From Opitutia bacterium (GTDB lineage: Bacteria; Verrucomicrobiota; Verrucomicrobiia; Opitutales; Opitutaceae), in contig CANGHW010000005.1 in NCBI GenBank assembly GCA_947453695.1, positions 43,091-107,090 of the forward strand: a DNA stretch of 64,000 bases, given 5' to 3'. The position numbers and the translations under genes are program-made. Positions 38,934-53,442 of the stretch are shown one piece after another. The notes under the pieces are model-generated. The model searched no databases. It saw nothing but the letters and a program-made list of their open reading frames with translations, and was not told where the DNA came from. Each line of letters begins with the position of its first letter. Position 1 is the stretch's first letter.

Positions 38934-40424
38934 ATGAGCGACACACCTCCTCTCGATATCAGCCACGACCAGCATGCCGTGCGACGCGCCAAGCTCGCCG
39001 AGATGCGCGCCGGTGGGTTCGATCCGTTTCGCGCCAATGTCGCGACGACGCACTTTTCGGCCGAGGCGAAAGCGCTCTATGTCGACGGCCAAGACAATGT
39101 GGTGAGTGTCACGGTCGCGGGCCGGCTCGTGACCTTCCGCGTGCAAGGCGGCAGCTCGTTCGTGAAGATTCAGGACCAGCAGGGGCCGATTCAGCTCTAT
39201 TTCCGCAAGGATGTGCTCGGGGAAGAGCGCTATCTCGTCTTTAAGAAGGGACTCGATCTGGGTGACATCATCGGTGTGACCGGCGTGTTGTTTAAGACGA
39301 AGACCGGTGAAATCACGGTGCGGGTGGACTCGTTTGTCCTCGTCTCCAAGGCGCTCCGGCCGTTGCCGGAAAAGTGGCACGGGCTGGCGGATGCCGAGCA
39401 GATTTATCGTCAGCGCTATCTCGATCTCATTATCAACGCCGAGTCGCGGCACCGCCTGATGACGCGCTCGAAGATTGTGTCGCACATCCGCCGTTTCCTC
39501 GAGACGCAGAGCTTCATCGAAGTGGAAACGCCGGTGCTGGAATCGACGGCTGGTGGCGCGGCGGCACGGCCGTTTAAGACCCACCACAACGCGCTCGGGG
39601 TGGATTTCTACCTGCGCATTGCGACGGAGCTGCGCCTGAAGCGCATGCTGGTGGGCGGGTTTGATCGGGTGTTCGAGATCGGCCGCATTTTCCGCAACGA
39701 AGGCGTGTCGCGCCGGCACAACCCCGAGTTTACCATGCTCGAGGTTTACCAAGCCTACAGCGACTACCGCGGCATGATGACCCTCATCAAGGATATGCTC
39801 ACGACGCTGATTCGCGACGTGATCAAGCCCGCGGACGGCTCGCTCAAGATCAAGCACGCGGCGAGCGGGCAGGATATCGATTTCGGCGGCGAGTGGCGCG
39901 AGGTGAAATACAAGGACCTCATCCGCGAAGCCACGGGTGATGCCGAGTGGTTCAGCCGCAGCAAGGCGGAGAAGATCTCCGGCGCGGAAAAGCTCGGCCT
40001 CGGCGTGAATCCGGCGTGGGAAGAGTTCGAGATCACCAACGAAATCTTCTCCAAGAAGATCGAGCCGACGCTGATCCAGCCGACCTTCGTCACGCACCTG
40101 CCGAAGGAACTCTGCCCGCTGGCCAAGATCACGCCAGATGATCCGACCACGATCGACGTGTTCGAACTCACGATTGGCGGCATGGAAGTCGCGCCGGCTT
40201 ACTCCGAGCAAAACGACCCCGACGTGCAGCGCACGATGTTCGAGGCGCAAGCCGGCGAGGAGAAGCAGAACATCGACCAGGATTTCCTGCTCGCCCTCGA
40301 GCACGGCATGCCCCCCGCGGGCGGTATGGGCGTGGGTATCGACCGTTTGTGCATCTTGCTCACGGGCGCCGAGAGCATTCGCGACGTTATTCTGTTCCCG
40401 CAGCTGCGTCCCGGGTCGGCATAA
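38934..40424 (+). CDS. lysS: Lysine--tRNA ligase (class II)
   Basis: [92 protein letters not shown]. Confidence 0.98.
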   Translation: MSDTPPLDISHDQHAVRRAKLAEMRAGGFDPFRANVATTHFSAEAKALYVDGQDNVVSVTVAGRLVTFRVQGGSSFVKIQDQQGPIQLYFRKDVLGEERYLVFKKGLDLGDIIGVTGVLFKTKTGEITVRVDSFVLVSKALRPLPEKWHGLADAEQIYRQRYLDLIINAESRHRLMTRSKIVSHIRRFLETQSFIEVETPVLESTAGGAAARPFKTHHNALGVDFYLRIATELRLKRMLVGGFDRVFEIGRIFRNEGVSRRHNPEFTMLEVYQAYSDYRGMMTLIKDMLTTLIRDVIKPADGSLKIKHAASGQDIDFGGEWREVKYKDLIREATGDAEWFSRSKAEKISGAEKLGLGVNPAWEEFEITNEIFSKKIEPTLIQPTFVTHLPKELCPLAKITPDDPTTIDVFELTIGGMEVAPAYSEQNDPDVQRTMFEAQAGEEKQNIDQDFLLALEHGMPPAGGMGVGIDRLCILLTGAESIRDVILFPQLRPGSA

Positions 40425-40428
40425 ATGG

Positions 40429-40490
40429 AACCACCGAGGCACGGAGAACACAGAGAGGCGCGTATGACCCCATCTTCTCTGTGAGCTCGG
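40429..40490. repeat. Short-period intergenic motif with an inverted partner
   Basis: AAC-CACCGAGG-CACGGAGAA-CACAGAGA; TCTCTGTG (40476-40483) and CTCGG (40486-40490) are complementary to it. Confidence 0.5.
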
Positions 40491-40514
40491 CAACCCGGCG
40501 GTATATCTAGTCCG

Positions 40515-41747
40515 ATGCCCTGGTATCTCTACCTCGCGTTTAAGCAGCTCTTCCCGACCGGGCGGTTTCCGTTCTTCACGGCGATCTCGGTGCTGGGGGT
40601 GACGCTCGGTGTGGCGGTGCTCGTGATCGTGACCAGTGTCATGGGAGGATTCGGCTACGAGATCCGCCGGATGATCGTGGAGACGGAAGGCGAGATCGAC
40701 GTTAAGGCGCGCGGCTATGTGGCCGATCCGCGGGAGATTCTGGCCAAGGTGCGCGCGACGCCCGGCGTGGCCGCGGCGACGCCGTATGCCAAGGGCGCGG
40801 TGGCGGTGCTCGCCGCCGGACGCACGGCCTACCCGATGTTTCGCGGCGTCGACGTCAACTCGGTGGAAAGTGTCACCCAGCTCGGCCGGTTTGTGAACCC
40901 GCGCAGCTCCCTGGCGGCGCTCGACGATGATTCAGTGATCATGAGCTCGGCGCTGGCGAATTCGCTCGGGGTGCGAATCGGCGACAAGATTGAGATCTAT
41001 TCGCCGCTCATCATTGAAAAGATGAAGAGCGACGAGGTGTTTCTGCCACGGGAGTTTCGGGTGATCGGCGATCTTTATATCGGGCACCAGCAACTCGACA
41101 GCAGCACGATCTACGGGACCGTGCGCGCGGCCCAGGACCTCTACGGCCTTGGCAAGGGCGTGCACGGCATCTACGTGCGGGTGAAAGACGGCGAGAACGA
41201 ACACGCCGTGGTGGCGCGGCTGAATGCCACGACCCTGCCGCCGACGATGCGGGCATTTTCGTGGATGGAGAGCTGGGAGGATTTCCTGTGGGTGCTGAAC
41301 CTGGAGAAGAGCATCAATTTCTTTCTGCTGCTCTTCATCGTGATCATCGCAGCGTTTTCGGTGATGAGTTCGCTGCTGATCTCCGTCGTGCGAAAGACCC
41401 GCGAGATCGGCCTGCTCGGCGCGCTGGGTGCGCGGGCGCGCGATGTGGCGCTGTGCTTTTGCGCGCAAGCCTTTATCATCGGCGTGACGGGCACGCTGGC
41501 GGGCGTCGGCCTGGGCTTCGGCGTGCTCGCGATCCGCAACGACCTCGTGCACGGCATCGCGAAGATCATGCAACGGCAGGACACGCTGCGGCAGTTTTAT
41601 CAGTTTTCCGATCTGCCTTCACACACCCTCACCAGCGATCTCGTGCTGACGGTGGTGATGTCGATTGTGATCTCGACTCTGGCCGGGCTGATCCCCGCCT
41701 GGCGGGCGGCGCGACTCAAACCCGTGGAGGCGTTGCGCAGTGAGTAA
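40515..41747 (+). CDS. LolC/E-type lipoprotein-releasing ABC transporter permease
   Basis: ISVLGVTLGVAVLVIVTSVMGGF, IIAAFSV..KTREIGLLGALGA, PAWRAARLKPVEALR; lysS-lolC/E-lolD order. Confidence 0.9.
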   Translation: MPWYLYLAFKQLFPTGRFPFFTAISVLGVTLGVAVLVIVTSVMGGFGYEIRRMIVETEGEIDVKARGYVADPREILAKVRATPGVAAATPYAKGAVAVLAAGRTAYPMFRGVDVNSVESVTQLGRFVNPRSSLAALDDDSVIMSSALANSLGVRIGDKIEIYSPLIIEKMKSDEVFLPREFRVIGDLYIGHQQLDSSTIYGTVRAAQDLYGLGKGVHGIYVRVKDGENEHAVVARLNATTLPPTMRAFSWMESWEDFLWVLNLEKSINFFLLLFIVIIAAFSVMSSLLISVVRKTREIGLLGALGARARDVALCFCAQAFIIGVTGTLAGVGLGFGVLAIRNDLVHGIAKIMQRQDTLRQFYQFSDLPSHTLTSDLVLTVVMSIVISTLAGLIPAWRAARLKPVEALRSE

Positions 41748-42420
41748 CCCAATTCAGTCAATGACCAGGGGCGATCCGGTGCTGACGGCCACTGGCCTGC
41801 AGAAATTCTACCAGAGCGGTGACCGCCGCATCGAGGTGCTGCGCAGCGTGGACTTGACGGTCGCAGCAGGTGAGAGCGTGAGCATCCGCGGCGAATCAGG
41901 GTCAGGCAAATCGACGCTGCTCAACCTCCTCGCAGGCCTTGATAGCGCGGATGCCGGCACGCTCGCGTGGGGCGGAGCGCCGGCGAAGGCGAGCCGGCGC
42001 GCGGTGTTTCTCGGAATCGTGTTTCAATCGTTCTACCTAATTCCGGAAATCGACGCGCGAGCCAATGTGCTGATGGCGGCGCGAATGTTGAAGGCCCCGG
42101 GAGCGAAGGAACGGGCGCGGGCCGACGAACTGCTGCAACGCGTGGGGTTGACGGAGCGAGCGACGCATTTGCCGACGCAGCTTTCGGGCGGTGAACGGCA
42201 GCGCGTGGCCGTGGCGCGGGCGCTGATGAATTCGCCGCAGCTGCTGCTGGCGGATGAGCCTACGGGGAACCTGGACGAACACACCGGGGACGTCGTGATC
42301 GAGATGCTGCTGGCGCTTTGCCGTGAGACGGGAACCGCGCTCGTGCTGGTCACGCACAACGTCGCCCACGCGGCCAAGACCGGTCGCCAACTCGTGCTCA
42401 CCAACGGCCGACTCGCCTAG
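41740..42420 (+). CDS. lolD: Lipoprotein-releasing ABC transporter ATP-binding protein
   Basis: GESGSGKST, IVFQSFYL, LSGGERQRVAVARAL, LADEPTGNLD, LVTH; start GTG 41740 or ATG 41761. Confidence 0.85.
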   Translation: MSNPIQSMTRGDPVLTATGLQKFYQSGDRRIEVLRSVDLTVAAGESVSIRGESGSGKSTLLNLLAGLDSADAGTLAWGGAPAKASRRAVFLGIVFQSFYLIPEIDARANVLMAARMLKAPGAKERARADELLQRVGLTERATHLPTQLSGGERQRVAVARALMNSPQLLLADEPTGNLDEHTGDVVIEMLLALCRETGTALVLVTHNVAHAAKTGRQLVLTNGRLA

Positions 42421-42427
42421 GCGGCGT

Positions 42428-42886
42428 TTACCTGATCGGCGGAATTCGCGAAATCTCGCGCGCCGAACACTCCGGACAAATGCTGTGCGTGATCTCGGCA
42501 CGGGTGTGATTGTGGAGGAACGCGTCGACCTTGGACCAATACCCTTCGTCGTCGCGCACTTTGTTGCACCACGCGCAGAGCGGCAGCAGGCCTTTCAACT
42601 CGCGCACCTCGGTCAGCGCGAGTTCGAGCTTTTGGTTGGTCGCCGCGAGTTCGCGCCGCGCGCTTTCGCCGCGGTGCACCGCGAGGCAATGAAAGTAGAT
42701 CATGGGCGGGGCGATGAGGGCGGGGCACAGCATCGTTAGAAAGAGCGCGTGGCTGAGTTTTTCGGGCGCCAGCCCGAAGATCGCGACGGTGCCAAAGACG
42801 ATGAGCAGAGACTCGAGGACGGCGATCAATCCGCCCACGGTCGCGATCGTGAGAGGGGAGTAGCGGAGCAGAATCGAGGTGCGCAT
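42428..42886 (-). CDS. Small membrane protein with a C-terminal Cys/His metal-binding module
   Basis: Two TM helices, short coiled coil, then LKGLLPLCAWCNKVRDDEGYW..THSICPEC. Confidence 0.8.
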   Translation of the reverse strand: MRTSILLRYSPLTIATVGGLIAVLESLLIVFGTVAIFGLAPEKLSHALFLTMLCPALIAPPMIYFHCLAVHRGESARRELAATNQKLELALTEVRELKGLLPLCAWCNKVRDDEGYWSKVDAFLHNHTRAEITHSICPECSAREISRIPPIR

Positions 42887-43007
42887 GGGCAGTGGGTGAG
42901 TGTTTGGGGTGGCGCGGGAGTGGCAAGCGAGGGAAACGCGCAGGCGGCGCGCGCGACCTACGGAGGATTTTTATGGCCGAGCCCCGGCCCGCCACTACGG
43001 TCAGCGC

Positions 43008-43991
43008 ATGGCAAAGCCCAAGGTTAAGTGCGGAGTCGTCGGCGTTGGCTCGCTCGGCCAGCATCACGCGCGCATCTACGCGTCCCTCCCGGCCGTCGAA
43101 TTCGCCGGCATTTACGAGACGAGTGATGCGCGGGCGGCGGAGATTTGCGCGAAGTTTAATTGCCGGCGGTTTGCGACCCTCGAGGAGCTCGGCGCGGCGT
43201 GTGACGCGGTTTCAGTGGTGGTGCCGACGGATTTGCACGCCAAAGTGGCGCTGCCCTTGCTTGCAAAGGGTGCTCATCTGCTGATCGAGAAGCCGCTGTG
43301 CGCCTCGCTCGAAGAGGCGGAGCAAGTGCTGGCGGCGGCGCGGGCCGCCAACCGCATCGTGCAAGTGGGGCACATCGAGCATTTCAATCCGGTGATGAGT
43401 TTCCTCGAAAAGGAAATCGACGAGCCGCGCTACATCACAGCGGAGCGCCTCGCGCCCTACCAGACGCGTGGAACGGAAGTCGGCGTGGTGCTCGATCTGA
43501 TGATCCATGACATCGGTATCGTGCTGGCGCTCGTGAAATCGCCGATCGCGAAGATAGACAGCGTGGGTGTGACGGTGCTGTCGAAGAGCGAGGACATCGC
43601 GAATGCGCGCATCCAGTTTGCCAACGGCTGCGTGGCCAATCTCAGCGCGAGCCGCATGAGCACGAAGAAGGCGCGCGAGATCCGAATTTTCCAGGGCGAC
43701 GCCTACCTCTCGCTGGATTTCATGAACCAGGCGGGACATCTCGTTAAGAAGAGCGACATCATCGCCTACGGGCTGAAGATGAAGATCGGCCTCGTGAAGC
43801 CCGGCGACCTGAGCGCGATCCCGGTGAAGGAAATCCCCATCGAGAAAGGCGAGCCGCTGGCGCTGGAGCTGGCGAGTTTCGTCGACGCGGTGATGCAGGC
43901 GAAGCAGCCGAAAGTCGGCGCGGCCCTCGGCAAGAGTGCACTCGAAGTGGCGATCACGATCACGGAGCAGATCCGCGCGGCGCAGAAATGA
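43008..43991 (+). CDS. Gfo/Idh/MocA oxidoreductase, GnnA-like
   Basis: GVVGVGSLGQHHARIY, VPTDLH, LIEKP, QVGHIEHFNP, VVLDLMIHDI, DIANARI; adjacent to lpxB. Confidence 0.85.
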   Translation: MAKPKVKCGVVGVGSLGQHHARIYASLPAVEFAGIYETSDARAAEICAKFNCRRFATLEELGAACDAVSVVVPTDLHAKVALPLLAKGAHLLIEKPLCASLEEAEQVLAAARAANRIVQVGHIEHFNPVMSFLEKEIDEPRYITAERLAPYQTRGTEVGVVLDLMIHDIGIVLALVKSPIAKIDSVGVTVLSKSEDIANARIQFANGCVANLSASRMSTKKAREIRIFQGDAYLSLDFMNQAGHLVKKSDIIAYGLKMKIGLVKPGDLSAIPVKEIPIEKGEPLALELASFVDAVMQAKQPKVGAALGKSALEVAITITEQIRAAQK

Positions 43992-44057
43992 AGCGGAATT
44001 TCAAAGGTGGTGCACGCGGCGAAGCGGGGGGCGCATCGGTGACAGTGCAAGAGAGGA

Positions 44058-44081
44058 CCGCACGCTAAGGCGTGCGGCTAC
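44058..44081. repeat. GTAG-type REP-like palindrome
   Basis: CCGCACGC-TAAG-GCGTGCGG-CTAC, ending 2 nt before the lpxB ATG. Confidence 0.7.
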
Positions 44082-44083
44082 CC

Positions 44084-45220
44084 ATGAGTCGCGCGTTGCC
44101 TTTTCGACTTCCGGCTCCGGCAGGGGCGCGCGTGGACGTGCTGATCGTCGCGGGCGAGCATTCGGGCGACGAGCATGCGGCGCGGATGGTGCGGGAACTG
44201 CGGGCGAAGCGGCCGGAGCTCGTGTTTGCAGCGCTCGGTGGACCGCGGCTGGAGGCGGCTGGAGCGCAGTTGTTGCACGATCTCACGGGGAGTTCGTCGA
44301 TCGGCTTCGCGGTGCTGGGGCGGATTTCGTTTTATCGGGCGCTGATCGGCGAGGTGGTGCGCTGGGTAGGTGAGCATCAGCCGCGGGCGGTGTGTTTCGT
44401 GGACTCATCGGGGCTGAATCTACGGATTGCGCGGGGGCTGTTTGATCGCGGATTTTCGGCCAAGGCGGGCGGGTCGACGAAGACGTTGTATTATATCAGC
44501 CCGCAAGTGTGGGCGTCGCGGGCGGGGCGGCGGTTTGAGATGGCGAGGCACCTCGACGGGCTGGCGGCGATTTTCCCCTTTGAGCCGAAGTTTTACGCGG
44601 ACACGACGTTGCCGGTGGAGTTTGTGGGGCATCCGTTCGTCGCGCCGGACTACGTGGCGCCGGTGAAGTTTGATTCCGCGGGGCCGGTATTGTTGCTGCC
44701 GGGAAGCAGAGTGGGGGCGGTGAGGAAGATTTTTCCCGCGGTGCTCGCGGGCTTCGTGCGGTCAGGGGCGAAAGACGCGGCCGTGATTTATCCCAGCGAA
44801 GCGATCCGGGTGGAACTGGCGGCCGCGCACCCGCCGACGAATGTGCGGCTCGTGGCGACGGGTCAGCCCGTGGCGGCGTCGGCCGTGCTGACGTCGAGTG
44901 GCACGATGTCGATGCATTGCGCGCTGGCGGGGATTCCCGGCGCGGTAACGTATCGCACGGATCCGGTGACGTATTGGCTGGGGCGGCTCCTCGTGAAGGT
45001 GGAGCACCTTGGGATCGCGAACATCTTGCTCAAGGAGGCGATGTATCCCGAGTTCATCCAAGGCGCGGCGACGCCGGAGGCGCTGGCGGAAGAGTTGCAG
45101 GCCTGTTTGCACGATCCGGGCCGGCAAGCGCGGACGGCAGCCCAGTCGGCCCGGCTGCGGGCGCTGCTGAGCGTGCCGGCCAGCGGGACAGCAGCGGATT
45201 GGCTGGGGCGATATCTCTAG
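44084..45220 (+). CDS. lpxB: Lipid-A-disaccharide synthase
   Basis: VAGEHSGD, YYISPQVWASR, IFPFE, FVGHP, LLPGSR, SSGT, IANIL..PEFIQ. Confidence 0.92.
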   Translation: MSRALPFRLPAPAGARVDVLIVAGEHSGDEHAARMVRELRAKRPELVFAALGGPRLEAAGAQLLHDLTGSSSIGFAVLGRISFYRALIGEVVRWVGEHQPRAVCFVDSSGLNLRIARGLFDRGFSAKAGGSTKTLYYISPQVWASRAGRRFEMARHLDGLAAIFPFEPKFYADTTLPVEFVGHPFVAPDYVAPVKFDSAGPVLLLPGSRVGAVRKIFPAVLAGFVRSGAKDAAVIYPSEAIRVELAAAHPPTNVRLVATGQPVAASAVLTSSGTMSMHCALAGIPGAVTYRTDPVTYWLGRLLVKVEHLGIANILLKEAMYPEFIQGAATPEALAEELQACLHDPGRQARTAAQSARLRALLSVPASGTAADWLGRYL

Positions 45221-45275
45221 CTTGGTTGCAAAGATGAGTCGTCAAAGTCCGCGAATCTGATTTCGTCCCGCGCCG

Positions 45276-49493
<4,218 letters not shown>

Positions 49494-49508
49494 TGTGCGT
49501 GCCGGCGA

Positions 49509-50600
49509 CTACGGTTGCGGCGAGCGGGCGAAAGTCGGGCTGACGCCCGGCGACGTGTGGCCGGCGAGCGCGGCGACCTGACGTTCTACCTGTCGCCACA
49601 AAGATTCCGCTTTTTCCGAGGCGATCGCGCGGCACTTGGTAAGCTCGGCCTCGCGCGCGGACCGGTTCTCCTCCGCGATCTTGGCGAGATCATCGAGGTT
49701 ATAGAGAAAGACGTTTTCGAGCGAGGTGACGGCCGGGTCGACGTCGCGCGGCAGGGCTTGATCGATGAAGAACAGGGGTTGCGCGGGGCGGCGGCGCATG
49801 GCGGATTGCGTCGAAGCGAGCGAGACCACGAGGTCGGGCGCTGACGTGGCGCACACGACGATGTCGAACTCCGCCAGCCGGGCCTCGCGCTGCTCGAAGG
49901 GCATGGCGCTGGCGCCGAGCACGGTGGCGAGCTCCATGGCGCGTTCGAAGCGACGGCTCGCGACGGTAAGCGAGGCGGCCCCGCGACTCTGAAAGGCCTT
50001 GGCCGTCTTTTCGCCGATCTCGCCGGCGCCCAAGAGGAGGATGCGAGTCGAGGTGAGACTACCGAAGATGCTCAGCGCGAGATCGACCGCGACATTGGCC
50101 ACGCTGACCTGGCCCTCGTTGATCGCAGTGGTGGCACGGACGTGCTTGGCGGCCTGAAATCCCTTTTGGAAAACGCGATTCAGCACCGGACCGGTCGTGC
50201 GCAGGCTCTGCGCGGTGGCGTAAGCGTCTTTGACCTGACCAAAAATTTCGGTTTCGCCGATCATCTGGGAGTCGAGGCCGGCGGCGACCTCGACGAGATG
50301 GCGCACCGCGTCCGGACCGTGGAGACGAAGGCGGAATTTCTCGAACTCGGCGTGATTGAAATTCTGCCGGGCGCAAAACGCCGCCGACACGCGGTGGGCC
50401 ACTTCGGGATGCGACGTGACCCCGTAGAACTCGATGCGGTTGCAGGTGCTGAGCACGGCGAATTCGTGCAAACCGGCGATGGTCGCGAGCTCGGCGCGCA
50501 GGGCATGGGCGGCATCGGCGGCGAGGGCGAGTTTTTCTCTCACCTCCAGGGGCGCGCGGTGATGCGTGGCGCCAATTACAAACAAGCCCTCGGCGCTCAT
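49509..50600 (-). CDS. hemA: Glutamyl-tRNA reductase (short C-terminus)
   Basis: GATHHRAPLEVREKL, LSTCNRIE, GLDSQMIGETEIFGQVK, AAKHVR, GAGEIG, DQALPRDVD, YNLDDL. Confidence 0.95.
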   Translation of the reverse strand: MSAEGLFVIGATHHRAPLEVREKLALAADAAHALRAELATIAGLHEFAVLSTCNRIEFYGVTSHPEVAHRVSAAFCARQNFNHAEFEKFRLRLHGPDAVRHLVEVAAGLDSQMIGETEIFGQVKDAYATAQSLRTTGPVLNRVFQKGFQAAKHVRATTAINEGQVSVANVAVDLALSIFGSLTSTRILLLGAGEIGEKTAKAFQSRGAASLTVASRRFERAMELATVLGASAMPFEQREARLAEFDIVVCATSAPDLVVSLASTQSAMRRRPAQPLFFIDQALPRDVDPAVTSLENVFLYNLDDLAKIAEENRSAREAELTKCRAIASEKAESLWRQVERQVAALAGHTSPGVSPTFARSPQP

Positions 50601-51445
50601 GGCTTGACCGCCGTGGCGGTGGGCTTGGTCGCAGGATGGCGGCTCGAATCGACGGCTTCGAGCGAGAGCAGGGCGGCGGCGAAGAGCGCGATGCCCGTCC
50701 AGGCAAAACGGCGGGTGATCAGGCGGCCTGCCAAACGGAGGCCAAGGGCCACGGCATAGGCTACCCAAACAGCGACTGTGATCAGAATTTTAATCGAGTT
50801 GGCCGAGGCCGTGTCGCGGAACCAGTAGTTGGCGCCGACGAGGAGGGAGATGGCGAGGATGGTCACGCCACTGCCGAGGAGGCGGACGCCGATCTGGTCG
50901 AGGTCAAAAATTGACGGCAGAAATGAGACCCAGCCGCTGAGCTCCTTGGATTTCAGGGAGCGGTTGCGGGCGAGATACATGAACGAGGTGAGCGCCAGCA
51001 GGCCGAAAACGCCGTAGCTGAAAACGGCGAGCGCCGCGTGAAGCTCGATCCACGGGTTGCCACCGAAAATGTGGGAGCGCGTGGCGGCATCCCAACTCGG
51101 CAGCGATAGCGAGAGGACGGTGAGGGCAGTGGCGAGGCAGGACGTGAAGTAGCCGAGCAGGCTGTTCCGAAACGTGACGCCAATCACGAGGTAGAGAGTA
51201 ATGGCGGACCAGGCGACGAATTGAAACACCTCGAACTGGTTGCCCAGCGGGCAGCCGCCCACGGCTTTCCCTCGCAGACCGAGGCCCAAGAGCTGGAGCG
51301 CGTAGCCCCCCGCGACGAGGATATACATCGCCGCACCGGACGGGCGGCCACCCCGCAGGAGCGACAGCGTGCCCAGCAGGAAGCCGGCGAGGTAGCACCC
51401 CGCCGCCACCCAGAGCCAGGTGCGATCATCGAGTCCGGCAAACAT
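50597..51445 (-). CDS. Cytochrome c assembly (CcsA/HemX-like) membrane protein
   Basis: About 8 TM helices, CPLGNQFE, WIELHAALAVFSY; ATGA overlap with hemA. Confidence 0.8.
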   Translation of the reverse strand: MFAGLDDRTWLWVAAGCYLAGFLLGTLSLLRGGRPSGAAMYILVAGGYALQLLGLGLRGKAVGGCPLGNQFEVFQFVAWSAITLYLVIGVTFRNSLLGYFTSCLATALTVLSLSLPSWDAATRSHIFGGNPWIELHAALAVFSYGVFGLLALTSFMYLARNRSLKSKELSGWVSFLPSIFDLDQIGVRLLGSGVTILAISLLVGANYWFRDTASANSIKILITVAVWVAYAVALGLRLAGRLITRRFAWTGIALFAAALLSLEAVDSSRHPATKPTATAVKP

Positions 51446-51571
51446 GAAGGGCAGACGCTACGGTGGGTGGCGCGCGGAGCAAGTCTGGGCATGAGCAGAC
51501 GGACGGGCTTGTGGCTTGCCCCGGGCGGGCCGGCGCGGTTCGCTAGCGGGGTTCATTTGCCCAAACCCTCT

Positions 51572-53440
51572 ATGAAAACCCTCCCTCGTTTCGGTGCTTT
51601 GATGGTGACGTTGTCGGCGCTGGCTTCGGTCGCCTCCGCCCAAAACCGCACCTTCACCAGCCAGTTCACGTTTGGCGACAGCCTGAGCGACAATGGTAAT
51701 CTGCTCGCTGCGACGACTCCGTTGGGTGCGCCCAATCCGCCGCCGCAGTATTTCCAGGGCCGCTTTTCGAGTGGCCGCGTCTTCACCGAGCTCCTCGGCA
51801 ACACCATCGTCCCCGCGGTGACCGCGCCCGCGACGCAGAAGACCAATCTCAATTTTGCCTTCGGTGGTGCGACGGCTCAGGGCTCCGGCACGCTGCCGCC
51901 GTCATTTTCGGTGCAGCTCGCGCTCTTCCAGTCCCGCGCGATCAGCCCGGCCAAGACCGACTTGTTTACCGTTTTGTTTGGGCCGAATGACGTCCTCCCG
52001 GCGCTGACTGCGGCCACGACGCCCGCCAATCCCGCCGCCTTGGACGTCGCCGGCTTCAATGCCGCCGTCGCCACGGCCAATGGCGTTCAGACGCTCATTG
52101 GTCTCGGGGCGAAGAACATCGTGGTTGGCGGCCTTCCGAACATCGGGGCGACGCCGCGTGCGTTGTCGGGCGGCAGCACGGGCGTCGCGCTCGGGCTCCG
52201 GGCGACCAATGCCTTCAACAACGAAATTACCTCCCGTCTGCGCACGATCACGAGTTCGGCCGCGGCGGCGGATGTGAATGTGCTCTATCTGGATTTGCAG
52301 GGCGTGTTGGACCGCCTCGTCCTCGACTACAAGGCCTTCGGCTTTACCAACGTGACGTCCTTTGTGCTCGCGCCGGCGGCCGCGGGTGGTGGCGGTGACG
52401 CCAACAACTATGTCTTTTTCGATGACATCCATCCCACCGGCAAGACACATGCGCTCCTCGCGCAAACCGTCGTCGAGGCACTCAATCCGGAGCCGGTGCT
52501 CGGATTCGCCGCGACGCAAGGGACCGCGGCGCTGGCGTTGCAGTCGTTGTCGGCGGCGGCGCTCGATACTCGCGTCGCCCAAGTGAGCGGCGGCAATCGC
52601 GCCGTCGGCCGGGCCGATGCTTATGTCACGTTCAATTACGGTGACGGCAACCGCGATGTGGACGGATATCGCCGCAAGTTCAACTACACCGCCCAGGTGA
52701 TCACGGCCGGCGCGGATGTGCGGGTGAGTGACGGTTTCTTCGCCGGTGCCGCGATCAACACGGGCCGCCTGACGACGAAGATTTCCGCCGCCGGTGGTAA
52801 CTACAAAATGGAAGACCTCACGGGACGCGTCTATGGCGTCTGGCGCGGCGGCCCCATCTCACTCTCGGTCGATGCGGACTACGGCAATCTCGACACCAAG
52901 GGCATCCATCGTTCGACGGCGTTCGGCGGCTTCCAGACCAACGCCAAGGGCAGCGGCGACCATTGGGGCGCTGGCGTGCGGGCCGCGTGGGAGGTGGAGG
53001 CGTCCGGCCTGAATCTCCGCCCCTGGCTCGGTTTGCGGACGGAGCGGGTGAAACTGGCGGGTTACTCCGAGAAGGATATCCCGATGCTCTCCATGGATTT
53101 TGACGGACAGCAGGCAAAGAGCTCGGCCGGCACTCTCGGCCTCGACTTCGGCACCAACACGAAGGTGGCGGCGCATCTCGTCCGCTTCGATTTCCGCGCG
53201 GCGTGGCACGGTGAACTCACCAACAAGAGCCGCAGCGTCTCAGGTAAACTCGCCAACAACTTCACCCGCACCACGACGATCAGCGTCGAGGATGGCGATG
53301 GCAGCGGAATCGAGCTCGGTGGCGCAGCCACGCTCTTCTTCGCGAAGAACTGGAGCGCCTCGCTCGGCTACGCCGGCGATATCCGCAGCGGCGACAAGCC
53401 GGCCAGCCGGGTTTCGCTGTCGCTGCAGACCGGATTCTGA
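51572..53440 (+). CDS. GDSL esterase/lipase autotransporter (EstA-like)
   Basis: Signal peptide; FGDSLSDNGN, GRFSSG, NFAFGGA, GPND, FFDDIHPT; C-terminal beta-barrel ending in F. Confidence 0.92.
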   Translation: MKTLPRFGALMVTLSALASVASAQNRTFTSQFTFGDSLSDNGNLLAATTPLGAPNPPPQYFQGRFSSGRVFTELLGNTIVPAVTAPATQKTNLNFAFGGATAQGSGTLPPSFSVQLALFQSRAISPAKTDLFTVLFGPNDVLPALTAATTPANPAALDVAGFNAAVATANGVQTLIGLGAKNIVVGGLPNIGATPRALSGGSTGVALGLRATNAFNNEITSRLRTITSSAAAADVNVLYLDLQGVLDRLVLDYKAFGFTNVTSFVLAPAAAGGGGDANNYVFFDDIHPTGKTHALLAQTVVEALNPEPVLGFAATQGTAALALQSLSAAALDTRVAQVSGGNRAVGRADAYVTFNYGDGNRDVDGYRRKFNYTAQVITAGADVRVSDGFFAGAAINTGRLTTKISAAGGNYKMEDLTGRVYGVWRGGPISLSVDADYGNLDTKGIHRSTAFGGFQTNAKGSGDHWGAGVRAAWEVEASGLNLRPWLGLRTERVKLAGYSEKDIPMLSMDFDGQQAKSSAGTLGLDFGTNTKVAAHLVRFDFRAAWHGELTNKSRSVSGKLANNFTRTTTISVEDGDGSGIELGGAATLFFAKNWSASLGYAGDIRSGDKPASRVSLSLQTGF

Positions 53441-53442
53441 GT

